A stretch of DNA of 64,000 nucleotides from Balanoglossus misakiensis (Eukaryota > Animalia > Hemichordata), in the NCBI GenBank assembly GCA_040954595.2, contig JBECUI020000028.1:62001-126000 (forward strand). Direction: 5' to 3'. Under the pieces are notes generated by a model that was not told the origin of the DNA, did no database searches, and was given only the letters and a program-made list of their open reading frames with translations. Each line of letters opens with the position of its first letter. Within the stretch, counting starts at the first letter, position 1. The translations under genes and the position numbers were made by a program. This document shows, one piece after another, positions 27,501-40,536 of this stretch.

Positions 27501-30354
27501 GAGTAGATGTGCAGTGACTTGTGAATACTTAATTAGTCACGTGACCTGGCGGCCATATTGGATTTTCTGAAAAAAATCAAATCTCAGATCTCAGAAACTA
27601 CAAGTCAGATCGACTTCAAATTTGGCATGCAGGTAGACTACCTTCTACCCATCATTTTTGTAATTGGAAATTTTGCTGTCAATGTTGCAGTTTTTTTGCT
27701 ACAATTTTTTTTCTGAAATCTGGCTTAAATTTCAAAAATCTTCTTCTCCATAACCGGTGATAACCGAGACACGGGGTTTGGGGTATGTGGTCACCTAACA
27801 GATGTCTATCAAGTTTGCGAAGATCATTGTGATTGGTCGAAGATTATGGCGGCCATATTGGATTTTCGAAAAACCATAGTTAAACTCCAAAAATCTTCTT
27901 CTCCAGAACGGGCGATGACTGAGTCGCAAGATTCGGGGAGTATGGTCACTACACTGATGTCTATCAAGTTTGCAAAGAACATTGTGATTGGTCGAAGATT
28001 ATGGCGGCCATATTGGATTTTGTAAAAAGCAGTGAAAAATTGAAATTCCTTTTTCTAGTCTAAAAATTGATAGCATACAAATTCTTTTTATGGATATCAA
28101 TCGTCATGTGACTAAAATATGTTACAATTTTTTGGCGATTTTTCACATGACCTTTGACCTACTTATCACGCGTTATTATTTCTGCATATCTAATTCCAGG
28201 CTAACCTATAGGGCTAGACGTTTGGTTTTTGATGAATGTGGATTAGTGTGTGATCAAAATATTTTGCTACTTTTCATGACCCCTTTGACCTCTGCTGACC
28301 TCATTAATTATGTGCATAGCTAATTACAGGCGAATCAATAGAGCTAGAGGTTTGGTTTTTGTTGGACATGGACCAGTATGGGATCAAAATTTTTTGCCCA
28401 AATGTTGGGTGACCTCTGGTGACCTTTGACCTACTTTCGCGTATCTCAGCATCCAGAGCAGATACAGCCATGGCATTTGGTAGGATGGGACCATAATGTA
28501 AAGCCACATTTTTTGGGTCACCTGTGACACCTGCTGACCTCATTAAATATGCACATACCTAATTACAGGCGAACCAATAGAGTTAGAGTTTTGGTTTTGG
28601 TTGGACATGGACTAGTATGGGTAAAAAAAAATTGCCCAAATGTTGGGTGACCTTAGGTGACCTTTCACCTACTTCACCCTATTTCAGCAGCAAAATACAC
28701 ACATCCTTGTTATGCCATGAGATAATACATCCGATAGAAAATTCTGTTTCTTCTCATTCATACTGTGCATATATAATTCAAGATCAGCGCTTGGGCCCGA
28801 CAATGCTGCTCGCAGCTTTAATTCTTTCTTTCTTTCTTTATTCTCCTGTCAATTCTTCGGCCAACGAGATCTCTGAAACTACTGCAGGTACACTGCTCAA
28901 ACTTGCTACAGTGGTCAAGGTCAATGAGTAGATGTGCAGTGACTTGTGAATACTTAATTAGTCACGTGACCTGGCGGCCATATTGGATTTTCTGAAAAAA
29001 TGCAAATCTCAGATCTCAGAAACTACAAGTCAGATCAACTTCAAATTTGGCATGCAGGTAGATTACCTTCTGCCGATCATTTTTGTAATCGGAAATTATG
29101 CTGTAAAAGTTGCAGTTTTTTTGCTACAATTTTTTTCCTGAAATCTGGCTTAAATTTCAAAAATCTTCTTCTCCAGAACCAGTGATAACCGAGTCACGGG
29201 GTTTGGGGTATGTGGTCACCTAACTGATGTCTATCAAGTTTGCGAAGATCATTGTGATTGGTCGAAGATTATGGCGGCCATATTGGATTTTCAAAAAACC
29301 ATAGTTAAACTCCAAAAATCTTCTTCTCGAGAACGGGCGATGACTGAGTCGCAAGATTCGGGATGTATGGTCACTACACTGATGTCTATCAAGTTTGCAA
29401 AGAGCATTGTGATTGGTCGAAGATTATGGCGGCCATATTGGATTTTGTAAAAAGCAGTGAAAAATTGAAATTCCTTTTTCTAGTCTAAAAATTGATAGCA
29501 TACAAATTCTTTTTATGGATATCAATCGTCATGTGACTTAAATATGGTACAATTTTTTGGCGATTTTTCACATGACCTTTGACCTACTTATCACGCGTTA
29601 TTATTTCTGCATATCTAATTCCAGGCTAACCTATAGGGCTAGACGTTTGGTTTTTGATGAATGTGGATTAGTGTGTGATCAAAATATTTTGCTACTTTTC
29701 ATGACCCCTTTGACCTCTGCTGACCTCATTAATTATGTGCATAGCTAATTACAGGCGAACCAATAGAGCTAGAGGTTTGGTTTTTGTTGGACATGGACCA
29801 GTATGGGGTCAAAATTTTTTGCCCAAATATTGGGTGACCTCTGGTGACCTTTGACCTACTTTTGCATATCTCAGCATCCAGGGCAAATACAGCCTTGGCA
29901 TTTGGCAGGATGAGACCAAAATGTAAAGCCACATTTTTGAGTCACCTGTGACACCTGCTGACCTCATTAAATATGCACATACCTAATTACAGACGAACCA
30001 ATAGAACTAGAGTTTTAGTTTTTGTTGGACATGGAACAGTATGGGTCAATAAATTTTGCCCAAATGTTGGGTGACCTCAGGTGACCTTTGACCTACTTTA
30101 CTCTATTTCAGCAGGAAAAATACATACGTCCTTGTTATGTCATGAGATAAAACACCTGATAGAGCATTCTGTTTCTTCTCATTCATACTGTGCATATATC
30201 ATACTGGATCAGCGCTTGGGCCCGACAATGCTGCTTGCAGCTTTAATTAGGGCCCAAGCGCTTGCTTGCGCTTGGGCCCTATTGGTTTCGTTGGGGTTTT
30301 TAGGGCCCAAGCGCACGCAAGCGCTTGGGCCCTATTGGTTTCGTTGGAATTTTT

Positions 30355-31844
30355 AGGGCCCAAGCGCACGCAAGCGCTTGGGCCCTATTGGTTTCGTTGG
30401 AATTTTTCTTTCTTTCCGGCTTTCTTTCTTTCTTTATTCTTGTGTCAATTCTTTGGGCAACGAGATCTCAGACACCGCTGCAGGTACACTTCTCAAACTT
30501 GCTACAGTGGTCAAGGTCAATGAGTAGATGTGCAGTGACTTGTGAATACTTAATTAGTCACGTGACCTGGCGGCCATATTGGATTTTCTGAAAAAAATCA
30601 AATCTCAGATCTCAGAAACTACAAGTCAGATCGACTTCAAATTTGGCATGCAGGTAGACTACCTTCTACCCATCATTTTTGTAATTGGAAATTTTGCTGT
30701 CAATGTTGCAGTTTTTTTGCTACAATTTTTTTTCTGAAATCTAGCTTAAATTTCAAAAATCTTCTTCTCCAGAACCGGTGATAAGCGAGACACAAGGTTT
30801 GGGGTATGTGGTCACCTAACTGATGTCTATCAAGTTTGCGAAGATCATTGTGATTGGTCGGAGATTATGGCGGCCATATTGGATTTTCGAAAAACCATAG
30901 TTAAACTCCAAAAATCTTCTTCTCCAGAACGGGCGATGACTGAGTCGCAAGATTCGGGGAGTATGGTCACTACACTGATGTCTATCAAGTTTGCAAAGAG
31001 CATTGGTGATTGGTCGAAGATTATGGCGGCCATATTGGATTTTGTAAAAAGCAGTGAAAAATTAAAATTCCTTTTTCTAGTATAAAAATTGATAGCATAC
31101 AAATTCTTTTAATGGATATCATTCGTCATATGACTACAATATGTTACAAATTTTTGGCGATTTTTCACATGACCTTTGACCTACTTTTCACACATTATTA
31201 TTTCTGCATATCTAATTCCAGGCTAACCTATAGGGCTAGACGTTTGGTTTTTGATGCATGTGGATTAGTGTGTGATCAAAATATTTTGCTACTTTTCATG
31301 ACCCCTTTGACCTCTGCCGACCTCATTAATTATGTGCATAGCTAATTACAGGCGAACCAATACAGCTAGAGGTTTGGTTTTTGTTGAACATGGACCAGTA
31401 TGGGGTCAAAATTTTTTGCCCAAATGTTGGGTGACCTCTGGTGACCTTTGACCTACTTTCGCATATCTCAACGTCCAGAGCAGATACAGCCTTGGCATTT
31501 GGCAGGATGGGACCTAAATGTAAAGCCAAATTTTTGGATCACCTGTGACACCTGCTGACCTCATTAAATATGCACATACCTAATTACACGCGAACCAATA
31601 GAGCTAGAGTTTTGGCTTTTGTTGGACATGGCCCAGCATGGGTCAAAAATTTTTGCCCAAATGTTGGTGATCTCAGGTGACCTTTGACCTACTTTACCCT
31701 ATTTCAGCCGCAAAAATACACACGTCCTTGTTATGTCATGAGATAATGCACCCGATAGAAAATTCTGTTTCTTCTCATTCATACTGCGCATATATAATTC
31801 AAGATCAGCGCTTGGGCCCGACAATGCTGCTCGCAGCTTTAATT
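30355..31844 (+). mobile_element. Uninterrupted HINE-like copy (loop ACGCAA)
   Basis: Contiguous head-to-tail. Confidence 0.8.
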
Positions 31845-33427
31845 CTTTCTTTCTTTCTTTTTTCTTGTGTCAATTCTTCGGCCAACTAAATCTCAGAAAC
31901 TACTGCAGGTACACTGCTCAAACTTGCTACAGTGGTCAAGGTCAATGAGTAGATGTGCAGTGACTTGTGAATACGTAATTAGTCACGTGACCTGGCGGCC
32001 ATATTGGATTTTCTGAAAAAATGCAAATCTCAGATCTCAGAAACTACAAGTCAGATCGACTTCAGATTTGGTGTGCTGGTAGTGTACCTTCTGCCCATCA
32101 TTTTTGTAATTGGATATTTTGCTGTCAATGTTGCAGTTTTTTTGCTACAGTTGTTTTTCTGAAATCTGGTCAAAATTTCAAAAATCTTCTTCTCCAGAAC
32201 CGGTGATAACCGAGACACGGGGTTTGGGGTATATGGTCACCTAACTGTTGTCTATCAAGTTTGCGAAGATCATTGTGATTGGTCGAAGATTATGGCGGCC
32301 ATATTGGATTTACGAAAAACCATAGTTAAACTCCAAAAATCTTCTTCTCCAGAACGGGCGATGACTGAGTTGCAAGATTCGGGGAGTATGGTCACTACAC
32401 TGATGTCTATCAAGTTTGCAAAGAGCATTGTGATTGGTCGAAGATTATGGCGGCCATATTGGATTTTGTAAAAAGCAGTGAAAATTTGAAATTCCTTTTT
32501 CTAGTCTAAAATTTGATAGCATACAAATTATTTTTATGGATATCAATCGTCATGTGACTAAAATATGTTACAATTTTTTTGCGATTTTTCACATGACCTT
32601 TGACCTACTTATCACGCGTTATTATTTCTGCATATCTAATTCCAGGCTAACCTATAGGGCTAGACGTTTGGTTTTTGATGAATGTGGATTAGTGTGTGAT
32701 CAAAATATTTTGCTACTTTTCATGACCCCTTTGACCTCTGCTGACCTCATTAATTATGTGCATAGCTAATTACAGGCGAACCAATAGAGCTAGGGGTTTG
32801 GTTTTTGTTGGACATGGACCAGTATAGGATCAAAATTTTTTCCCCAAATGTTGGGTGACCTCTGGTGACCTTTGACCTACTTTCGCATATCTCAGCATCC
32901 AGAGCAGATACAGCCATGGCATTTTGGTAGGATGGGACCAAAATGTAAAGCCACATTTTTGGGTCACCTGTAACACCTGCTGACCTCATTAAATTTGCAC
33001 ATACCTAATTACAGGCGAACCAATAGAGCTAGAGTTTTGGTTTTTGTTGGACATGGACCAGTATGGGTCAAAAAAAATGCCCAAATGTCGGATGACTTCA
33101 GGTGACCTTTGACCTACTTCACCCTATTTCAGCGGCAAAAATATACACATCCTTGTTATGTCATGAGATAATACATCCGATAGAAAATTCTGTTTCTTCT
33201 CATTCATACTGTGCATATATAATTCAAGATCAGCGCTTGGGCCCGACAATGCTGCTCGCAGCTTTAATTAGGGCCCAAGCGCACGCAAGCGCTTGGGCCC
33301 TATTGGTTTCGTTGGAATTTTTCTTTCTTGCTTGCTTGCTTTCTTTCTTTCTTTAGGGCCCAAGCGCACGCAAGCGCTTGGGCCCTATTGGTTTCGTTGG
33401 AATTTTTCTTTCTTGCTTGCTTTCTTT

Positions 33428-34905
33428 AGGGCCCAAGCGCTTGCTTGCGCTTGGGCCCTATTGGTTTCGTTGGGGTTTTTCTTTCTTTCTTTCTTTTTTC
33501 TTGTGTCAATTCTTCGGCCAACTAAATCTCAGAAACTACTGCAGGTACACTGCTCAAACTTGCTACAGTGGTCAAGGTCAATGAGTAGATGTGCAGTGAC
33601 TTGTGAATACGTAATTAGTCACGTGACCTGGCGGCCATATTGGATTTTCTGAAAAAATGCAAATCTCAGATCTCAGAAACTACAAGTCAGATCGACTTCA
33701 GATTTGGTGTGCAGGTAGTGTACCTTCTGCCCATCATTTTTGTAATTGGATATTTTGCTGTCAATGTTGCAGTTTTTTTGCTACAGTTGTTTTTCTGAAA
33801 TCTGGTCAAAATTTCAAAAATCTTCTTCTCCAGAACCGGTGATAACCGAGACACGAGGTTTGGGGTATGTGGTCACCTAACTGATGTCTATCAAGTTTGC
33901 GAAGATCATTGTGATTGGTCGAAGATTATGGCGGCCATATTGGATTTACGAAAAACCATAGTTAAACTCCAAAAATCTTCTTCTCCAGAACGGGCGATGA
34001 CTGAGTTGCAAGATTCGGGGAGTATGGTCACTACACTGATGTCTATCAAGTTTGCAAAGAGCATTGTGATTGGTCGAAGATTATGGCGGCCATATTGGAT
34101 TTTGTAAAAAGCAGTGAAAATTTGAAATTCCTTTTTCTAGTCTAAAATTTGATAGCATACAAATTGTTTTTATGGATATCAATCGTCATGTGACTAAAAT
34201 ATGTTACAATTTTTTTGTGATTTTTCACATGACCTTTGACCTACTTATCACGCGTTATTATTTCTGCATATCTAATTCCAGGCTAACCTATAGGGCTAGA
34301 CGTTTGGTTTTTGATGAATGTGAATTAGTGTGTGATCAAAATATTTTGCTACTTTTCATGACCCCTTTGACCTCAGCTGACCTCATTAATTATGTACATA
34401 GCTAATTACAGGCGAACCAATAGAGCTAGAGGTTTTGTTTTTGTTGGACATGGACCAGTATGGGATCAAATTTTTTTGCCCAAATGTTGGGTGACCTCTG
34501 GTGACCTTTGACCTACTTTCTCATATCTCAGCATCCAGAGCAGATACAGCCATTGCATTTGGTAGGATGGGACCAAAATGTAAAGCCAATTTTTTGGGTC
34601 ACCTGTGACACCTGCTGACCTCATTAAATATGCACATACCTAATTACAGGTGAACCAATAGAGCTAGAGTTTTGGTTTTTGTTGGACATGGACCAGTATG
34701 GGTAAAAAAAAATTGCCCAAATGTTGGGTGACCTCAGGTGACCTTTGACCTACTTCACCCTATTTCAGCAGCAAAAATACCCACATCCTTGTTATGTCAT
34801 GAGATAATACATCCGATAGAAAATTCTGTTTCTTCTAATTCATACTGTGCATATATAATTCAAGATCAGCGCTTGGGCCCGACAATGCTGCTCGCAGCTT
34901 TAATT
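33428..34905 (+). mobile_element. Uninterrupted HINE-like copy (loop TTGCTT)
   Basis: Contiguous head-to-tail. Confidence 0.8.
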
Positions 34906-37900
34906 CTTTCTTTCTTTCTTTATTCTTGTGTCAATTCTTCGGCCAACTAAATCTCAGAAACTACTGCAGGTACACTGCTCAAACTTGCCACAGTGGTCAA
35001 GGTCAATGAGTAGATGTGCAGTGACTTGTAAATACTTAATTAGTCACGAGACCTGGTGGCCATATTGGATTTTCTGAAAAAAATCAAATCTCAGATCTCA
35101 GAAACTACAAGTCAGATCGACTTCAAATTTGGCATGCAGGTAGACTACCTTCTACCCATCATTTTTGTAATTGGAAATTTTGCTGTCAATGTTGCAGTTT
35201 TTTTGCTACAATTTTTTTTCTGAAATCTGGCTTAAATTTCAAAAATCTTCTTCTCCAGAACCGGTGATAAGCGAGACACAAGGTTTGGGGTATGTGGTCA
35301 CCTAACTGATGTCTATCAAGTTTGCGAAGATCATTGTGATTGGTCGGAGATTATGGCGGCCATATTGGATTTTCGAAAAACCATAGTTAAACTCCAAAAA
35401 TCTTCTTCTCCAGAACGGGCGATGACTGAGTCGCAAGATTCGGGGAGTATGGTCACTACACTGATGTCTATCAAGTTTGCAAAGAGCATTGTGATTGGTC
35501 GAAGATTATGGCGGCCATATTGGATTTTGTAAAAAGCAGTGAAAAATTAAAATTCCTTTTTCTAGTATACAAATTGATAGCATACAAATTCTTTTAATGG
35601 ATATCATTCGTCATATGACAACAATATGTTACAAATTTTTGGCGATTTTTCACATGACGTTTGACCTACTTTTCACACATTATTATTTCTGCATATCTAA
35701 TTCCAGGCTAACCTATAGGGCTAGACGTTTGGTTTTTGATGCATGTGGATTAGTGTGTGATCAAAATATTTTGCTACTTTTCATGACCCCTTTGACCTCT
35801 GCCGACCTCATTAATTATGTGCATAGCTAATTACAGGCGAACCAATACAGCTAGAGGTTTGGTTTTTTTTGAACATGGACCAGTATGGGGTCAAAAATTT
35901 TTGCCCAAATGTTGGGTGACCTCTGGTGACCTTTGACCTACTTTCGCATATCTCAACGTCCAGAGCAGATACAGCCTTGGCATTTGGCAGGATGGGACCT
36001 AAATGTAAAGCCAAATTTTTGGGTCACCTGTGACACCTGCTGACCTCATTAAATATGCACATACCTAATTACACGCGAACCAATAGAGCTAGAGTTTTGG
36101 CTTTTGTTGGACATGGCCCAGCATGGGTCAAAAATTTTTGCCCAAATGTTGGGTGATCTCAGGTGACCTTTGACCTACTTTACCCTATTTCAGCCGCAAA
36201 AATACACACGTCCTTGTTATGTCATGAGATAATACACCCGATAGAAACTGTTTCTTCTCATTCATACTGCGCATATATAATTCAGGATCAGCGCTTGGGC
36301 CCGACAATGCTGCTCGCAGCTTTAATTCTTTCTTTATTCTTGTGTCAATTCTTCGGCCAACTAAATCTCTGAAACTACTGCAGGTACACTGCTCAAACTT
36401 GCTATAGTGGTCAAGGTCTATGAGTAGATGTGCAGTGACTTGTGAATACTTAATTAGTCACGTGACCTGGCGGCCATATTGGATTTTCTGAAAAAATGCA
36501 AATCTCAGATCTCAGAAACTACAAGTCAGATCGACTTCAAATTTGGCATGCAGGTAGACTACCTTCTACCCATCATTTTTGTAATTGGATATTTTGCTGT
36601 AAATGTTGCAGTTTTTTTGCTACAATTTTTTTTCTGAAATCTGGCTTAAATTTCAAAAATCTTCTTCTCCAGAACCGGTGATAACCGAGCCACGGGGTTT
36701 GGGGTATGTGGTCACCTAACTGATGTCTATCAAGTTTGCGAAGATCATTGTGATTGGTCGAAGATTATGGCGGCCATATTGGATTTTCGAAAAACCATAG
36801 TTAAACTCCAAAAATCTTCTTCTCCAAAACGGGCGATGACTGAGTCGCAAGATTCGGGGAGTATGGTCACTACACTGATGTCTATCAAGTTTGCAAAGAG
36901 CATTGTGATTGGTCGAAGATTATGGCGGCCATATTGGATTTTGTAAAAAGCAGTGACAAATTGAAATTCCTTTTTCTAGTCTAAAAATTGATAGCATACA
37001 AATTCTTTTAATGGATATCAATCGTCATGTGACTAAAATATGTTACAATTTTTTGGCGATTTTTCACATGACCTTTGACCTACTTATCACGCGTTATTAT
37101 TTCTGCATATCTAATTCCAGGCTAATCTATAAGGCTAGACGTTTGGTTTTTGATGAATGTGGATTAGTGTGTGATCAAAATATTTTGCTACTTTTCATGA
37201 CCCCTTTGACCTCTGCTGACCTCATTAATTATGTGCATAGCTAATTACAGGCGAACCAATAGAGCTAGAGGTTTGGTTTTTGTTGGACATGGACCAGTAT
37301 GGGATCAAAATTTTTGCCCAAATTTTGGGTGACCTCTGGTGACCTTTGACCTACTTTCGCATATCTCAGCATCCAGAGCAGATACAGCCATGGCATTTGG
37401 CAGGATGGGACCAAAATGTAAAGCCACATTTTTGGGTCACCTGTGACACCTGCTGACCTCATTAAATATGCACATACCTAATTACAGGCGAACCAATAGA
37501 GCTACAGTTTTGGTTTTTGTTGGACATGGACCAGTATGGGTAAAAAAAAATTGCCCAAATGTTGGGTGACCTCAGGTGACCTTTGACCTACTTCACCCTA
37601 TTTCAGCAGCAAAATACACACATCCTTGTTATGTCATGAGATAATACATACGATAGAAAATTATGTTTCTTCTCATTCATACTGTGCATATATAATTCAA
37701 GATCAGCGCTTGGGCCCGACAATGCTGCTCGCAGCTTTAATTATTATTATTCTTCTTCTTCTTCTTCTTCTTCTTCCGAGAAATTCGGCCAGGTAGATCT
37801 GGAAAACCGCAGCACCTAGGGGGCTGAAACTTGGTAGGGTGATAGGGGCCAATGAGTAGACGTGCAGTGGCCCGTGAATATTTAATTAGTCATGTGACCT

Positions 37901-38950
37901 GGCGGCCATATTGGATTTCCTGAAAACCGTTAAATGAGTCCTTCTCAAAAACTACAAGGCCGATCGAGTTCAAATTTGGTGTGCAGGTAGCCTACCTTCT
38001 GTCCATCATTTTACCCCATTGAAATCATGACGTCACACATAAAGTTTTTTTGCTACAATTGTTTTTCTTAAAAAATACTTAAAACTTTAAAAATCTTCTT
38101 CTCCAGAACCAGCGGTTACCGAATCTCGGGATTTGGGATATGTGGTCACCTAACCTATGTCTATCAAGTTTGCGAAGCGCACTGTGATTGGTCGATCATT
38201 ATGGCGGCCATGTTGGATTTTCGGAAAACCATTGAAAAATGAAAATTCTGTTTTGTAGCCAAAATGTTGACAGCACGGAAATTCTTTTTTTGGATATGAG
38301 TCATCATATGACTGGAAGTTGTCACAATTTTTCGTGGCAATTTTCACATGACCTTTGACCCAGTTTTAAAAGAACTAATTATATATGCATATTCCCCATA
38401 CCTCCTCTTGTAAAAGCACCACATTCATGAATTTTTTGGACATGGGTACCAATGCTGCCAGGACATGACACAAATATTTTGGTAATTTTGGCAATGACCT
38501 TTGACCTATTTCTGCATATCTAATTCCATGCTACCCAATAGGGCTAGAGGTCTGGTATTGGTTGGACATGGCCCAGTCTGGGGTCAAAATTGTATGCCCT
38601 AATTTTGGGTGACCTTGGGTGACCTTTGATCTACTTTCCCATATCTCAGCATCCAGAGCAGTTAGAGCCCTGGCTGTTATGGGTATTGAGCACATAATGG
38701 AGTCTTACACAAGACCTCATTAATTATGTGCATACCTAATTGCAGGCGAACCAATAGGGCTAGGGGTCTGGTTTTTTGTTGGATCTAGACTAGTATGGGG
38801 TCCAATTTTTTTGCCCAAATTTGGGGTGACCTCAGGTGACCTTTGACCTACTTTCCCATGTCTCGGTATCCCCAGCAGATACAGCCGTGGAATTTGCTGG
38901 TCACCATGGGAACCGCTTGTGCCCCCCCAATGCTGCTTGCAGCTTTAATT

Positions 38951-40199
38951 TACTTTCTCGTTGTGAGGAGTTTCTTACCTCTCATTATTTACAATTTGGT
39001 TTCAAGCGAGAACATTCAACTGACCTGTGTTTATTTGCATTTAAAGAAATCATTAGCTACTACACCAGCAATGGAGGACCAGTGTTTACTTGTTTTCTGG
39101 ATGCTTCAAAAGCTTTTGACAGAGTTAATCACTTTAAACTGGTTAACAAGCTCATCGACAGGAATGTTCCCTTGTATGCTGTTCGAATTTTATATTACTG
39201 GTACAGAAATCAATTGTTTACTGTGTTGTGGGGTAATGAAACCTCAGAGTTGTTTTCTGTTTCTAACGGTGTAAGACAAGGGGGAGTACTCTCTCCCTAT
39301 CTTTTTAATGTCTACATTGATGATCTTATCAATGCACTCTGTAAAGCCAAAGTTGGCTGTACCATGTGTGGTGTCAGCGCTAACACTTCAGGTTACGCTG
39401 ACGACATGACTCTACTCAGTCCAAGTGTTAAGGGTCTACGCCGTCTTCTTAGAATTTGTGACATTTATGGCAAGGATTATGATATCATTTATAATTCTAG
39501 TAAAACTGTGTGCATGCTTTTTAATGGGAAGAATATGAGCGTTCAAAGAATTCCTTCGGTTAAACTTAATGACATCACTTTGAAGTTTGTACCTGAACAC
39601 ACCTATCTGGGCCATGTAATATCTTGTGATGGTTGTGATAATGAAGATATTGAACGACAGAGAAGAGCATTTTGCGTTAGAGCAAACATGCTATTGAGAC
39701 ATTTTCAACATTGTAGTCAAGATGTGAAGAAAGTTTTATTTTTGGCATATTGTAGTAATATTTACTGTTGCAGTTTGTGGGCATCCTTTAAAGTTAAACC
39801 GATGAAAAAATTTAAAACTATGTACAATAATGTTTGGAGAAGACTTCTCGGTCTTCCGCCATTTTGCAGTGCATCGGGTATGTTTGCTACAAACCATGTA
39901 TTGTCACTTGGTGAAGTTTTTAGACACAATATGTACAGTTTTAAGTGTAGACTCGAAAATTCTTCTAATGTTTTACTTGATGCGATCTGTTCATCAGATA
40001 GAGCGACTGACAGCATATTTTTCAAACATTGGCGAAAGCAATTGTATATCATGTAATTTTGCAGAGTTTTTTTTTGTGTGTGTGTGTCTCAGTTTCAGAT
40101 TTTCCAGAGTATTTTCATTAGTGTTTTTTTTTCTTCTCTCTTTTGGGTATATGGACTTTTTTTAAAGTCTTAAATAAAGTATTATTATTATTATTATTA
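38951..40199 (+). mobile_element. 3' part of the same LINE: RT domain, 3' UTR, AATAAA and (ATT)n tail
   Basis: QFGFK, FLDASKAFDRVNH, GVRQGGVLSP and YADD motifs; stop at 40056; aataaa near 40173 followed by (att)n to 40199. Confidence 0.9.
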
Positions 40200-40536
40200 A
40201 GGGTTAAATTTGTATGACACTAATCATGATCAAACAAAGAGTGCACTTAACGGTTGACACAAGCACACCCCCTGTCAACAAATTTTCCAGCGTTATTTCT
40301 GGTTTCTGTATTAGTACTTGCTTTTCACATCCCATGGTTTATATGTTTAAGTCAATGATGCCCTCTATTTTTGATGAACCCTGGCATTGATAGGTTTTAA
40401 AGAATTTCTAGAAAACTTTCAGAACTCCTGTTGGTCTTTGGAAAGGTTTCATCAGTAATTGTTCTGTGATAAACATAATTGCAGTACTGTACTTTCTCCA
40501 AACTTTGCGAGAACATTTTCTTGTAGTATGACTTCA

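Larger units (their letters stand above)
7257..38950 (+). mobile_element. 31.7-kb nested cluster of 21 non-autonomous Helentron/HINE (DINE-1-like) elements, 1.2-1.9 kb each, all in one orientation
   Basis: Unit layout: 5' hairpin AGGGCCCAAGCGC-N6-GCGCTTGGGCCCT, TATTGGTTTCGTTGG, T5, (CTTT)n, ~155-bp and ~238-bp internal subrepeats, 3' subTIR GCTTGGGCCC, 3' hairpin GCTGC-TY-GCAGC, TTTAATT. This matches the established HINE layout. 19 heads and 21 tails counted. Confidence 0.85.

Noticed and set aside
7414-38347. Dozens of recurring 60-140 aa ORFs (MQISDLRN.., MDINRHV.., MALHFGP.., MTFDLL..)
   Set aside because: They occur on both strands, are often broken between copies and show no recognisable domain. 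They are by-products of repeated non-coding DNA.
38836-38950. N-terminus of the 406-aa RT ORF as a novel fusion gene
   Set aside because: The first ~38 codons are the element tail, in frame with the LINE RT by chance; the start is GTG and nothing suggests expression.
7257-38950. Array as a simple tandem satellite or an assembly artefact
   Set aside because: Units differ visibly, belong to several subfamilies, and follow a nested head/tail logic that misassembly or plain tandem duplication would not create.
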